DNA of 62,127 nt, filler included, from Chiloscyllium plagiosum (GCF_004010195.1; 3 parts of one record of this genome joined end to end with filler, not necessarily neighbours in it); one strand, 5' to 3'; counted from the first letter of the whole stretch, positions 25,411-40,304 are shown. The notes: a model not told the origin generated them from the sequence alone. Translations and numbers: made by a program.

Positions 25411-27839
25411 ATCTCAAAGAACAGTTCAGTTTAATTTAACAAACCTAATGCCCACAGAGGAAATTGGAGTTGTGATCAGAATGTCAGGTGAAACACATAC
25501 ATTTTGCAAAGCTCCCTGTTCACTGGAAATGTAAAAATACGCATTAGCTTCTATATCCAATTCTCTGTTTTACATTTCCATCAGCAGGCAGCTGTTTCCA
25601 TGCATTTACCTCATAGAAATTGGCCACATTATAAACAGACTTAGCTCCCTCTCTGTCTCAGACTTAAATCCCCTGCCAAGTTGAGCTTTTGAAATGTAAT
25701 CTGTGTCTTTAAACTAACAAGAGGCATTTTTAACTTCAATTCCATTAACTCCAATAAAATTGATTATCAGGCAGTGTACAACAGATGCTATAGGAGCAGG
25801 CAGGTGGGACCAGCTTAGTTTGGGATAATGCTCAGCATGGACTGGTTAGACCGAAGCGTCTGTTTCCATGCTATATGACTCGATGATTAATTCCCACACC
25901 CTTAGACCTAGTTAGATTATAAAATTGTGCCATAAAGCCACAGTGTATTTAATATTGCTTCAAGGACTTACCAGCATATTTTTTAAGGTTTACAGAGAAA
26001 ATAATTTATTTCAGATTTTGTGGGCCTAGCTAGAGTGAGTTGTTTAGTAGAAATCATTGCAAGATTACTATAAACACTGGGGTCTTTTTCGAAATGAAGC
26101 TTCCTTGAGATCACATGACTGGTGATGACTGCTTGCTTTGCTATAGACCTCTGTTGTGCTGATTTCTATAGTGACTGGCTTGGAGAAGGATCTTAGTTTT
26201 ATTTGGTTGAATTGGAGGACAACCTGCTAAGAACAAACTGTCCATCTCATCCTTCCCATTTCTGAAAAGAAAAAAGCTCTCCATCAGTTCAGGATAAAAT
26301 CTATTTGAAAAATTGTGATAGAACGAACATCTCAAGATTGTAATTCCTCAGCATGTTGGGTCTACAAGACTTCAGAGACAACCACTCATGACGAGAGACT
26401 TGGCCACATGTGCCAGAACATCCTACGCTTTGTCCTTTTGCCTTCAAGAGTAATGCATTAGCCAAAGTTTTGGTTTTCAAAAAGTCAATTGCTGCAGAGA
26501 AATTTACACGTTTCCCTCTTTTACTGAAGAGAATAAATGTATAATTTGGGGTGTTTAGAAAGACAAACACTTCTACAGTATTTCTGATTCATCCTTATTG
26601 AATAGGTGTTGATGATAAATCAACAATTGTCTTCAGTAGTTAATTCATCTTTCTGTTTAACAGCCTGGTATAGATAGAGGTATTTATTTGGTTATCTTGG
26701 TAACTGGAAAAATTATTTTTTAATGATGTAACAGGACTAAAGTGACAGCTCATTTCTCTACATTCAACAACAGGCCTTCTGTGACAGCACAAATCCTACA
26801 GTATCTCTGGGTCCAAAGTGAACTCAACTCTCAGAAGAGGATTACTTGAATCTCTCCTATGAGATGTAGTGTGTCTGAGACACACTGACAACATCAGGGT
26901 TCCTTTCAAGAGTTTTCATTTGTTTTGTTCAAAGTACATGTTTTCATTTAAGTTCCTTTATCAGTTTTGGTCTTTAAAAACGGGCATGTGTCAATGTGTT
27001 CCGCATTATCTATTTTTAGAAAGATAGAGGATGTAAGTACTTAAGTTGCACTGGACCTGCTGGAAATACAGAGTTCAGCTTTGCAAATTTCTCTGCAAAC
27101 TTCAGTGAAATAATATTTGAAGCAGCAGCCAACATCGAGAAAAACATCCGTTTTGCTCTCTCATCTCTCCCTCTCCCACTGATAGCTCTGTCCTAATCAC
27201 ATGGGGCTTTTTGACATCATTTCAATCCCACATCACCGCAGGGACCAGCGGGACTCTCAGTACAAATATGTCTCAAACAGGAAATGGCAAAAATGTGCAA
27301 ATCATTCAATGTGGCCAGACTTCTATGAGTTCATCTCCCCGATATGACTTAGTGAGCATTCCCAGTAGCACTACACTGTGAGCTACATTCGTAACTTTTC
27401 ATTGTTATCAGAATCAATATTTCAGCAGGCTCCACAGACATTGTGACAATTTAAAAGGCATCAGGAATAGGTAGGGTTTAGGGGGATATGGGCCAAATGG
27501 GAACAAGTAGTACTAGATTAATTTAGGACATCTGGTCAGCACAGGTGAGGTGGACTGAAGGGTGTGATGACTCTGTGATCTCCATGACTGTTATAACTGT
27601 CCTTGGCACATTTTATAAAGGCTGCCACATCATAATGCTCCTAGAGCAAAAACCATCACAATTTCTGCAGCTGTCACAAGTATTGGGAACTCTGACAGAG
27701 AGTCATAGAACATACACCATTACAGCACAGTACAAGCCCTTCGGCCCTCGATATTTCGCCAACCTTGACCTTCTGTCAAGGCCACAGTGCTATCATCTTA
27801 TAATCCATCTCAGCAGCTTACAGACAATGGCCTCAATAT

Positions 27840-28205
27840 AGAGCTCACCAGCTTCAAAATCTCCTCACCCCCTACCTCATCCCACGTCCAGCCCTCCTTC
27901 TCCTCCCCGCCTCCCTGACCTGACCAAACCTGTCCATCTTCTTACTCACCAAGCCACTCCACCCTCCCCACTGACCAATCACAATAGCGCCCTACCTGCA
28001 CCCACCTATCACCACCCTACATACCTTTCCCCTAGCCCCACCCCTGCCCTGTATTTATTTGAGCTCCTTTCCCCCTCCTCAGTCCTGATGAAGGTTCCTG
28101 ACCTGACATGTCAACTTGCCTGCTCCTCCGATGCTGTCTAACCTGACGTGCCTTTCCAGATCCACATTTTATCGACTTCCAGCATCTGCAATCCTTACTA
28201 TCTCC
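27840..28205 (+). mobile_element. Penelope-like 3' end, degenerate
   Basis: C-rich 3' region followed by a decayed CCTGATGAAGG...CTGAC core and TCCAGCATCTGCA end. Confidence 0.65.
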
Positions 28206-29371
28206 AAGTACTATCGCTCTGTCTCTGATTCATGCTCTTTTGTGGCACTCAAAGGGTAGGGTTGATGACCAATTAGCCAACAGTTGTTAAGAGATCAATC
28301 AATAAAGTCTTTCACAGAAAGTAACATGAGACGAAATTGGTTGTTAAACAAAGTATATTGGATGTTGCAGAGTGGAATTTCTATCGGTCAACATCAGTTG
28401 ATCGCAATGCGTACGGTTGTTTTGTTTAATGCAAATTTTGACACATGGTCAGAGAGCCTGCTGTTCTGGTTATTTTACTAGCAAGAGAAAGTTGAAAGCC
28501 CATCTCGTCATGAAACTGAATTAACCTAACAGCGAATGGTTACTGGAACACTATAAAAGCCCAACTGTTTTACAAATCCCCTTTAAAGAGAAGCTTTCAC
28601 CCTTTTCTAGATCTGATCTGAGGCTGATTCCAGTCCTACACTAGCTCTATGGCTGACTCTTCACACAAGTGCAGTATTACCATCATCACTCAAACTTTGA
28701 ACAAGTTTCAGAAAGACTCAAATTCACCAGTGATCTTATATTCTCAAGAATATCCCTCCAAGATGAGCAACTGCGATATTTCAACCTGGACTTTGCATCA
28801 AACAGAAGCTCTCTGCTTCATGCTCAAATCGAACCATTATTAAATGCTGTCGATCTGTAAATATTGAATTTCATGATGTGGAGGTGCCAGTGTTGGACTG
28901 GAGTGGACAAAGTCAGAAGTCACATGACACTGGGTTACAGTCCAACAGGTTTATTTGAAATCACAAGCTTTCAGACCACTGCTCCCTTGTCAGGTGAATG
29001 TCAGGCATCTCTTTCCCCACCAAACAAAAAACTGTTCCTCTGACAACATCATTATATAGTTAGAGTCTTTGTTGTTCATTAAGCAGGGGTTTACACCTGG
29101 TTAATATTTATCTCTCAACCAACATCGGTAAAACAACTAATCTGGTTATTATTACTTTGTTGAATGTGGGAGCTTTCTGTGCACAAATGGATCATGGGAT
29201 TTCCTGTATTACAACGGTGGCTACACTGAGAAAATACTGCTTGGGCTCAGAAACATTTTATGAATTCCTGAATCACCACAGCAATGCAAAACTTTATTTT
29301 GTCTTTTAAAAAATGATTACCTTACTCAAATGAATAGTTAAAACTGGAGTTCTAAAGCTTGCTGACACATA

Positions 29372-29878
29372 GATAGAGTCATACAGATATACAGCACCGA
29401 AACACACCCTTCAGTCCAACTCGTTTATAATATCCGAATATCCCAACCTAATCTTATCCCATTTACCAACACTTGGCCCATATCCCTCTAAACCCTTCCT
29501 ATTCATACACCCATCCAGATGCCTTTTAAATGTTGCAATTGTACCAGCTTCCATTACTTCCTCTGGCAGCTCATTCCAGACACGCACCACGCTCTGTGTG
29601 AAAATGTTGCCCCTTAGGTCTCTTTTATATCTTTCCCCTCTCTCCCTAAACCTATGCTCTCTAGTTCTGCACCCCAGGGAAAAGACTTTGCCTATTTATC
29701 CTATCCATGCCCCTCATAATTTTGTAAACCTCTATGAGGTCACCCCTCAGCCTCCGACTCTCCAGGGGAAACAGCCCCAGCTTGTTCAGCCTCGCCCTAT
29801 AGCTCTAATCCTCCAACCCTGGCAACATCCTTGTAAATCTTTTCTGAACCCTTTCAAGTTTCACAACATCCTTCCGAT
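29372..29878 (-). mobile_element. HER1/CR1 3' fragment
   Basis: Reverse-complement tail TAGAGTCATA and CR1 C-terminal coding remnant. Confidence 0.88.
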
Positions 29879-30335
29879 ATTAAATACATTTGTGTGTTAG
29901 AAGTAGCAGTCCTATGAAGGTTAACTGCCTTCCACCATTCCTTCAGATAGCACAGTGCAGATGACAATATGATTTTTTTTGCCAATTATCTTGGAATACA
30001 AACAACTTGTACTTACACAGTACTCCAGTGGACCAAAGCAGCCCGAGGCATTTCACAAAAGTAATTATAAAATGAAATTTGACACAGAGCTACGTAAAGG
30101 GGATAAGAGAAGCGTGCAAAAGATCAATCAAAGAGGTAGGTTTTTAAGACTTTCTTAAAAGCAGGGGAAAAAGAAGCAAATGGTTTAGCGAATGAATTCC
30201 AGAACCTAGGGCTAGTAACTGAAGGCTGTCAGTGATTGACCCTGTAAAATCAAGATTGTGCAAAAAACCAAACTGAAGGAATCTAAGGATCTTGGAGGGT
30301 TGCAGGTCAGGAGAAGATTACAGAAATGGGGGTTT

Positions 30336-30633
30336 AGATTAGATTCCCTAAAGTGTGGAAACAGGCCCTTCGGCCCAACCAGTCCACACTGACCCTCCAA
30401 ACAGTAACCCACCCAGACCCATCTCCCTCTGACTAATGCACCTAACACTATGGGCAATTTAGGATAGCCAATTCACCTGACCTGCACAGCTTTGGACTGT
30501 GGGAGGAAACCAGAGCAAACCCACCCAGACACGGGGAGAATGTGCAAACTCCATACATACAGTCATCTGAGGCTGGAATAAAACCTGGGACCCTGGTGCT
30601 GTGAGGCAGCAGTGCTAACCACTGAGCCACCGT
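30336..30633 (-). mobile_element. HE1-type V-SINE
   Basis: Full head, V-domain and tail in reverse orientation. Confidence 0.9.
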
Positions 30634-32109
30634 ACGTTTGGTGAGGTTACGGAGAATTTGAAAACAAGGATCTTCGATCTACCATATATACATGTGTAAA
30701 GGTGAAATATCTGAGACCAAATATTTATTGCCTTATACATGAGTAATATTTGAGGAATTAAAGTCCTCTTTCTCCTACTTGATTATGGCCACACATTAAC
30801 TGATGACAGAGTTAGCCAATCATAGACTGTTCCCACCAAACCTGGCCTGGAAACTGGCACAAAATAAGCTAAAAAGTGGTTTCTTTTGTTCTGCAAAGAC
30901 ACCAGGAATAAGAAGGTTTACACCAGACCTAGTTTGACTTCAGCGGCTAGTGGATGGTAAAGACAGAGAGTTTGGATTCTTTGGGCAAAGGCTGACTTTT
31001 ATGAGATGGATTATTATTTGAGTTCAAATGGCAATAGATTATGTTCTCTGGCTAGCAAACCTTCCACCCATGGAAACATTATCTCATTTCTTATTTGATC
31101 CATTCATAATTTGAACACATCTATGAAATCCCTATTTTGTAACTATATTCCTTATTGTTGGGGTATGGAGGTTTGGAAAGAGGACACTCTTGATCCTGTA
31201 TAATTTCAAACAAGTAAATAAACTCAGCAGCGTCGACAGAGACTCTCAACTTCTGAAAGAGTTGCGTCCAGAATTGGACATAATACATCAGTTGAGGCCT
31301 AACCAGTGATTGATTAATATTTAACTTAATTTCTCTGCTTTTTTTCTCACTTCACAGGTTTGATGTGAACTCATTAAGAACTATTCATTTAAGCAAAGTT
31401 AAAATTGGGCCCTATGACTCTGTAAAGCTTTATTAGCAGGACTTGTGCTGTGATCTTTAACAGGTTGATCTGTCAACCCTCAGATCTCTCTGTTCCTTCA
31501 TTCTCTTTAAGACTGTAAGTTAACCAGTTTAACCTTCTGTATGTTGAATTTAATCTCAAAAGCAATGCCTGTCTCTGTTTTTGGAATGATGCTGTTTTGC
31601 AAAAGAAATGGCATTATTCTTCACATGAATTATTCATTTGTACAGGAATTAATATTCCAGTTTGCTGTTGATGGTGAAGGGAGAGATAAATTGCAGGGAA
31701 ATAATGCGCCTGCTAGACATGTGAGATCCCCGTGGAGTGGCTCAGGCTCTTTTTATCGAATATAGTTTTTCTCTTGGCCATTTTCAGTATCAAAACTCCA
31801 TTCCAGCAGCCACACCCTGTCCCAATACAATGCAAACAAATACTTTCCTTATAATAGTTCATTTCGGAATAACTTCAACACATGTGGAGGCACTGGGTCA
31901 CCATGGCTGCTTTAATTCCAATGGTCTGCATGCAAGCCCACAGCAATGAAACAAACTCCTCACAAATCAGATCGGCTGAGAGTAATCTATAATTAGCTGG
32001 CAGTGCTGTGCTCATGAGAAATCTGATCAATGCGATTGCAATATCGCTGACCTCAGACTGTGCACTGCATAAGAAGAGGTGCGCGACCTTCATTTTAAAA
32101 ATGCAACTA

Positions 32110-32325
32110 TTTTCTAACCAACCTGTTCAGGTGGGAGATGAACCAAAGGCTCCTGGTCAGAGATAGAGACACTACCACTGCACCACAAGAACCTTAAACA
32201 TGGCTTATTTTATATTTTCTAATCAGCCTGTTGAGAGATGTTATTACACACCTCTGGAGCACATGAGGCTTGAACCCGGGTCTTCGGGCTCAGAGACACT
32301 AGGGACACTACCACTGCACCACAGA
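32110..32325 (-). mobile_element. two adjacent short tRNA-derived SINE copies
   Basis: GACACTACCACTGCACCACA occurs twice. GGCTTGAACCCGGG is a reversed B-box. Confidence 0.6.
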
Positions 32326-33202
32326 ATCAAAGGTATGGTTTATTAGGTACATGATCTCATTGGGGACAGCTTCATCAATTTACTTAATCAGTACCAACTC
32401 CAGTTGAATGCCTTGCAGAGGTTGCATCACATAACCACAACTGCACCCTTCCCCCCTCCCCTCCCCCACCCATGCCATTGGTCAGCCAACAGCCACGCTG
32501 AAGCAACATTTAAAATTGCTGAAAAAATTCAGAAGTTCTGGCAGTATTTGTGGAGAGAAGGCAGAGTTGATCCTTCTTCAGAACGGTCATGTTGACCCAC
32601 CTAACAAGTGCAACAAACTCTCCATTATCCAATTGCTTCACTCTAGACTGCCAGTCATTTTACCCACTCACTAATATTTTTATGACCAATAAGTGGAAAG
32701 AATGTCAAAGAATACTACACTTCTATTGCCCCTATGCATTGTCTTTAGTGTTTTGCTGAATACAGCGTTTTGGAGATTAACTCTGAATTCCTGGGGATTT
32801 CTTTTACGGTGACACATGTAAAGCAAAGATGTACATTAAACATTTTTCTCTTGTGAAAGCTCTTGCAAAATCTTGCACCACTCCTGGATCAAAGCCAACA
32901 TATCTCCTGCTCTCATCACTGCAGTGCAGCAGTAAATTGATCAGGGCAGATGCATATTCCCAAATACCATGGGATATGGTGGTGTTATAATTATATTCTA
33001 GACTAGATATCCAAAGGCCTAGACTGCAAACCCAGAGAGCGACCAATCAAACCTCACAATGTTAAGATCATGTCTCAGTAATAGTGGCCGTGGCAATGTT
33101 GGCTTGTTCTAATGCCCTCAAAGTCCCTCCTGCCCCAGACACAATCTCTTTGTGATTCCAGTCCCACCCAAATACAGGTATTTTTCAACAGTCCTCTGAA
33201 GT

Positions 33203-34321
33203 GAATCCTGAGAGACAGGATGTACATGTATTTGGAAAGGCAAGGACTGATTCGGGATAATCAACATGGCTTTGTGTGTGGGAAATCATGTCTCACAAAC
33301 TTGATTGAGTTTTTTGAAGACGTAACAAAGAAGATTGATGAGGGCAGAGCAGTAGATGTGATCTATATGGACTTCAGTAAGCCGTTCGACAAGGTTCCCC
33401 ACGGGAGACTGATTAGCAAGGTTAGATCTCATGGAATACAGGGAGAACTAGCCATTTGGATACAGAACTGGCTCAAAGGTAGAAGACAGAGGGTGGTGGT
33501 GGAGGGTTGTTTTTCAGACTGGAGNNNNNNNNNNNNNNNNNNNNNNNNNNNNNNNNNNNNNNNNNNNNNNNNNNNNNNNNNNNNNNNNNNNNNNNNNNNN
33601 NNNNNNNNNNNNNNNNNNNNNNNNNNNNNNNNNNNNTGAAAGTGGAGTCGCAGGTAGATAAGATAGTGAAGAAGGCGTTTGGTATGCTATCCTTTATTGG
33701 TCAGAGTATTGAGTATAGGCGTTGTGAGGTCATGTTGCGGCTGTACAGGACATTGGTTAGGCCACTCTTGGAATATTGCGTGCAATTCTGGTCTCCTTCC
33801 TATCGGAAAGATGTTGTGAAACTTCAAAGGGTTCAGAAAAGATTTACAAGCATGTTGCCAGAGTTGGAGGATATGAGCTACAAGGAGAGGCTGAACAGGC
33901 TGGGGCTGTTTTCCCTGGAGTGTCGGAGACTGAAGGGTGACCTTATAGAGGTTTACAAAATTATGAGGGGCATGGATAGGATAAATAGACAAAGTCTTTT
34001 CTCTGGGGTCGGGGAGTCCAGAACGAGAGGGCATAGGTTTAGGGTGAGAGGGGAAAGATATAAAAGAGACCTAAGGGGTAACTTTTTCACGCAGAGGGTG
34101 GTAGTGTATGGAATGAGCTGCCAGAGAAAGTGGTGGAGGTTGGTACAATTGCAACATTTAAGAGGCATTTGGATAGGTACATGAATAGGAAGGGTTTGGA
34201 GGGATATGGGCCCGGTGCTGGCAGGTGGGACTAGATTTGGTTGGGATATCTGGTTGGCATGGACGGGTTGGACCGAAGGGTCTGTTTCCATGCTGTACAT
34301 CTCTATGACTCTATGACTCTA
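33203..34321 (+). mobile_element. HER1/CR1 LINE (gap 33525-33636)
   Basis: Translates QHGFVCGKSCLTNLIEFFE...DVIYMDFSKPFDKVPH. Tail CTATGACTCTATGACTCTA. Confidence 0.93.
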
Positions 34322-34940
34322 AGTGGTATCAAGCCTAACCTCCAGTATCTTCTCAGGGGAGCAAGGGATTATGCAATATCAGCTTTACCTCTCACACACA
34401 CTCGTATACACACACACACACACAGGTATGTACACACACACACACGAGTGAATTTAAAAATGCTAATGAGCTTCTGAAGAATATGAAATGTTGTGGCTCT
34501 TGCCTTATCCTATTGGTATTTAAAGACTCAAGACGACAATCTGAATGAATCATGTTTGCTCTCAAATAAATACAGGAAACAATTCCTGCTACAAGACCCG
34601 TGAGTTCTCCTGGAGACAGGAGAACATCACTATAGTTCCACATCAACAGCATTCCTCACATTCGCCCTTATGTTTAATGCTGATCCAATGAGGGAAGTAC
34701 ACATTATTATCTCATTCACCAGCAGCAGAACTGTCTCACCATATCCAAACTTCCTATTTGTTGTGTTAATTGCTCGTCCACTGGGTACTATACTTTGAGT
34801 TGTAGAAACTCAATGTGCTGGAATTCCTTATCACCACCTCTCTCTCTCCACCTATAATATGCTCCTCTAAAACCCACCTCATTAATGAGGCTTTTGGTCA
34901 CCCATCCCAATATCAGTTGATGTGGTTTAGTGTCACATTT

Positions 34941-36897
34941 TAGAGTCATAGAGTCACAGAGATGTACAGAATGGAAACAGACTCTACGGTTCAACTCATC
35001 CATGCCGACCAGATATCCCAACCTAATCTAGTCCCATTTGTCAGCACTCGGCCCATATCCTTCTAAACCCTTCCTATTCATATCCCCATCCAAATGCAAT
35101 GTTGCAATTGTACCAGCCGCAACCACTTCCTCTGGCAGCTCATTCCATGCACACACCACCCTCTGTGTGAAAAGGTTGCCCCTTAGATCTCTTTTATGTC
35201 TTGTCCCTCTCACCCTAAACCTATGCCCTCTAGTTCTGGACTACCCCACCACAAGGAAAAGACTTTGTCTACTTATCATATCCATGCCCCTCATGATTTT
35301 AAAGACCTTTACGAGGTCACCTCTCAAGACTTTGCCGCTCTAGAGAAAACAGCCCCAGCCTATTCGGCCTCTCCCTATCGCTCAAATCCTCCAACCCTGG
35401 CAACATCCTTGTAAATCTTTTCTGAATCCTTTCAAGTTTCACAACATCCTTCCGATAGGAAGGAGACCAGAATTGCATGCAATATTCCAAAAGTGGCCTC
35501 AACAATGTCTGAACAGCCACAACATGACCTCCCAACTCCTATACTCAATATTCTGACCGATAAATGAAAGCATACCAAACGCCTTCTTTACTGTCCTATC
35601 TATCTGCGACTCCACTTTCAAGGAGCTATGAACCTGTACTCTAAGGTTTCTTTGTTCAGCAACACTCCCTAGGACCTTACCATTAAGTGTATAAGTCCTG
35701 CTAAGATTTGCTTTCCCAAAATGCAGCACCTCGCATTTATCTAAATTAAACTCCATCTGCCATTCCTCAGCCCATTGGCCCATTTGATCAATATCCCATT
35801 GTAATCTGAGGTAACCTCCAATTTTGGTGTCATCTGCAAACTTACTAACTATTCTTCCTATGTTCATATCCAAATCATTTATAAAAATGTCAAAAAGCAG
35901 TGGACCCAGCACCGATCCTTGTGGCACTCCACTGGTCACAGGCCTCCAGTCTGAGAAAGAACCTTCCACCACCACCCTCTGTCTTCTACCTTCGAGCCAG
36001 TTCTATATCCAAATGGCTACTTCTCCCTATATTCCATAAGATCTAACCTTGCTAACCAGTCTCCCATGGGGAACCTTGTTGAATGCCTTACTGAAGTCCA
36101 CATAGGTCATGTCCACAATGCTGCCCTCATCAATCCTCTTTGTTACTTCTTCAAAAAACTCAATCAAGTTTGTGAGACATAATTTCCCATGCACAAAGCC
36201 ACGTTGACTATCCCTAATTAGTCCTTGCCTTTCCAAATACATGTACATTCTGTCCCTCAGGATTCCTTCCAACCACTTGCCCAACACCAACGTCAGGCTC
36301 ACCATTCTATTGTTCCCTGGCTTGTCCTTACCATCTTTCTTAAATAATGGCACCATGTTAGCCAACCTCTAGTCTTCTGGCAACTCACCTGTGACTATTA
36401 ATGATACAAATATCTCAGCAAGGGGCTCAGTAATCACTTCCTGAACTTTCCGCAGAGTTCTAGGGTACACCTGATCAGGTCCTGGGGACTTATCCATCTT
36501 TATGCGTTTCAAGACATCCACCACTTTCTCCTCTGTAATATGGACATTTTTCAAGGTGTCACCATCTATTTCCCCACATTCTATATCTTCCATGACCTTC
36601 TCCACAATAAACACTGATGCAAAATACTCGTTTAGTACCTCCCCATCTCCTGCGGCTCCATAAAAAGGCCGCCTTGCTGATCTTTGGGGGGCCCTACTCT
36701 CTCCCTCGTCACCCTTTTGTCCATCATGTATTTGTAAAAGCCATTTGGATTCTCCTTAACCCTATTTGCCAAAGATATCTCATGTCCCCTTTTTACCCTC
36801 CTGATTTCCCTCTTAAATATACTCCTACTGCCTTTACACTCCTCTAAGGATTCACTTGATCTCTCCTGTCTATACCTGACATATGCTTCCTTCTTTT
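34941..36897 (-). mobile_element. about 2-kb HER1/CR1 LINE, inserted in an L2-type tail relic
   Basis: Translates KSPGPDQVYPR, DFSKAFNKVPH, VPQGSVLGPLLF and KFADDTK, with frameshifts. Confidence 0.93.
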
Positions 36898-37499
36898 TAA
36901 TTTGATGACTCTACTGTGAAGCTAAGTTAAAGGCACTATATAAATGTAAGTCAATTGCATTGTTTTGTGACTTTACTCCATATTCCATGACAGTCTAAAG
37001 ACGTTCAACAAAGTAACTGCAAGCATCAACTGTTGTTTGGTTTCTAAGATAGGTTTTCTCCAAGAACAGTAAAAGAGATCCTGATAAAGACATTGGAGAT
37101 GAGGGTATTGAATAAGTAAGAAATAGGTTATTTATCATTACTTTGAAATCAAGGAACATGCCAAATGTTGAACAGAAAGAACAGCTAGAGGTTTCTAAGT
37201 TGCTAAATTATGATGTAATTTCTGTCATCAAAGATTAACTTCAAATTATCACAAAAGTATTGAATTAAAGTTGCAATGAGGCTTGGTCTCTGTGTTCTCT
37301 CTCATGGAATGATCTTTATCTGTCCAGGATAGAATTATCAAATGGAACAGGTAAGTGGTACGACAGGGTGCAGTCGCTCCTGCTTTATGTGAAGAAAGAC
37401 TAGGAATAGGAAGCAGCACCGTGTCAACGTGCAATAACCAAACTATAATATGTGGAACAATCCAAGGAAATCCACAGTGAACTTCACGCGTTCAAGATG

Positions 37500-37870
37500 T
37501 AGCACTCGTGCCCCTCAGATTTGAAAGATTAAGTGTTTCAGTCCCACTCCGCTAACCTGAGCACAAAATCAAAGCTGATAAATCAGCTGAGACAGTGCCC
37601 CTATAGTAGGGAGGCTGTCTTTCTGCAATGTGAAAGATTCCCTGGATCTTTCTGAAGAGCAGGGGAGGTCTTGTCAGTGCATTGGTTAATATGTATCCCT
37701 CAGCAACACCAAAAAGTTGGGTACTATTTTATTTATCAATTACTAGTTGTTGCCACTTATTGGTTGCTACATTTATTACATCATAACAATGACTACATTT
37801 CAAAAAGATGCTTCACTGGCAGTAAAGTGGCTCTGATGTCACGATAGGGTGTCATAGAAAAATAGACTTA
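37500..37870 (+). mobile_element. degenerate DeuSINE
   Basis: TTCAGTCCCACTCC head, GAAGAGCAGGGGAG, AATATGTATCCCTCA and GACTACATTTCAAAA. Confidence 0.6.
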
Positions 37871-38544
37871 GAAAATAAACTTTGACTTCGAAAAGTTCTC
37901 CAGAAGGAGGAGATCTTCAATATATATCAAAGAGATCAAATGTATATCGAAGATATTCTCTTAGATGTCCTCCATCATTTCAGCAGTCGAGTCCTGTCGA
38001 TGCATCAATCACGGTGATTTGCCAATATTCTTCCAATCAGAAGAACAGCTCTGACCAAGGAATTTATCAAGGCTTATTTATTGTGCTATAGTCTTGAGTT
38101 ATCTTGATTTTTAATTAAATTCCAGATGACAGGATTTTCAACAATGTGGTCAGTGATTTCATTGAGTTTCCTTGCTTGTGTACGTTTCTTGGTGAAGGTT
38201 TGTCAACTTTAATGAGTAAGTTTTAGTATTTCCCAAACTACAACCTCATAGAAATACTTTTGGGAGTATTGTCACTGTTCCAATGTAGGAAGCACATCTA
38301 CACACACAGTAATGTGAGAATGGCTAGAAAAGTAATTTCTTTTAGTGATGTTGGTTGAAGGATAAATACTGGCTAGTGTACTGGGGTAAGTCCTTTGTTC
38401 TTCTTCAAATCGTAACATGGATTCTTTCATGTCCACCTGAAGGGTCTAACTGTGTCAAAAGACAAAGGAAATCCAAGAATTATGTTCAAGGGCAGAAAAT
38501 GTTGGTTAAATTCCTTTACCTCCCTGAAGCTGTTGAATTTTTTA

Positions 38545-39610
38545 AAAAATCACAGGAACTGGGCTTTGCTGGTTGGGCCAACATTTATTGCCAATTGCTT
38601 AATGCCCTTGGGAAGATGGTAGTGAGCTGCTGTTGAGTTCTGTATGGCATAGGTTCAACTAAAGGAAGAGAGCAGACAGAGCAGGAGAATACCAGGCATT
38701 TGACCCAGCCAGTGAAAGAATGGCATTGTGGATAAACCTACAGCAAATGGACTGCAGCAATTCCAGAAGGCAGCTCACCACTACCTTCTCAAGGTCAAGT
38801 AGAGATTGGGCAAGAAATGCTGGTGTAGCTGGGAGGAGTGAATGAATTTTTTAAATGTACAGTTCCAAGGAAGGTTGCTGTGTGGCAATGAAGGGGACGT
38901 TTTAGCCAGTGGTACTCCCATATTCCTACTTCCCATATATTTACTGGACTTGTCCTTCTAGGTACAAGAGGTCTTGAGTTTGGAAGGTGTTGTTGTCTAA
39001 ATGCAGCTTGGAAATGGGACACATTGCTGCCGCTCTGCATCGACGGTGGAGGGAATTAATGTCGCAAGTGAGGATAGGGTGTCAATCAAATGGGCTGCTT
39101 TGACCCCTGGGTGGTATGGTGTTATTTGAGTGCTGTTGCATTTTCACTCATCCAGATAAGTGAAGGACGTTCCTTCATATTTGACTTGTGCCTTGTAAAT
39201 GGTTTTGAGGAATGAGCAGATGGGTTACGTAGAATTCCCAGCCACGTTTCTGCTCTTGTAGCTACTGTATTTCCAGTTCATTTTTCCGGTCATTTGTAAC
39301 CCCTGGATGTTGAAAGTGGAGGGTTCAGTGATGGCGATGCCATTGAATGTCAAGAGGCATTGGTTGATTCCTACTTATTGAAGATGGTCATTGCGTGGTT
39401 CTTGAATGGTATGAATGTTACTTGCCACTTATAAGCACAAGCCTGAATCTTGTTTAGTCATCTAGATAAGGAATGGACTGCGTCAGTACCTGAAGAGTTA
39501 TGAATGGCGCTGAACACTGTGCAATCATCACCACCTCTGACTTTACATTTGAGGAAGGACATTGATGAAGCAGCTGAAGATGGTTAGGCCTAGGACACTA
39601 CCCTAGGGAA
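38545..39610 (-). mobile_element. second LINE family fragment
   Basis: Reverse tail GGGCCAACATTTATTGCC and RT-region TTGATGAAGCAGCTGAAGATGGTTAGGCCTAGGACACTACCC. Confidence 0.7.
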
Positions 39611-39836
39611 TGAATGTTCATTATTTCAGCAGAGCTAGCAGTGTGCACTCTTGGGCTGGTAGTTGGGCCTGGGTAATGCATGCACAGTGTGGGTGAGAAG
39701 CACTTCCTCAGACTTTTTATTTCTCTCATTGGCACATAGAGACAAGTGAATGATTCTACCCATATTATTCATGCTTGGGCTGAGAGCCCACAGCAATAAA
39801 AGCATCTTTTCAACTTACGGTTGATTTTGTAGTGAT

Positions 39837-40062
39837 TGTAATGAGCTCAGCCCGGTGGACCTCATAGAATATGAGTTACCTGACTGGGGTTGTTAATCTG
39901 GTCCAATCAGGGAGCCCTGGCTGACAGATACAAACAGGAGTGTCAGAGGTTCTGTTCACTCTGAGAGCCAGCTCTGAAGAAGCTGGATCAGAATCAATGA
40001 TAATGCACAGTAAATAAAGGGTGAGTTAGTGAGCAGATATCAGCCTCTGTGGAGTTATTTCA
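39837..40062 (+). mobile_element. solo LTR (probably Gypsy)
   Basis: TGTAAT...ATTTCA termini, CCAAT at 39903, TATA-like GATACAAA and AATAAA at 40013. The TSD is not clean. Confidence 0.6.
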
Positions 40063-40304
40063 GATTTGATCATCTTTTCTTGGAACTGTCCTTTGCCTCC
40101 AGCATTGATTTCAATTCTCTCCTGTACTTTCCATTGTCTTCCTGGTTATGAATTGAATTCTGCTCCTGACATTTCTCATAAGCTTCCTTTTTCTTTTTTT
40201 CTTTTTAACTTTTATTTCCTTTATCATCCAGGCTGTAACAGCTTTGGACTCTGTAAATTTTCCCTTCTAAGAAATACATCTCATCTGCATATAAACACTC
40301 TCTT

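Noticed and set aside
26141..26335. 64-aa ORF with a strong acceptor as a coding exon
   Set aside because: No recognisable similarity and no in-frame partner exon was found.
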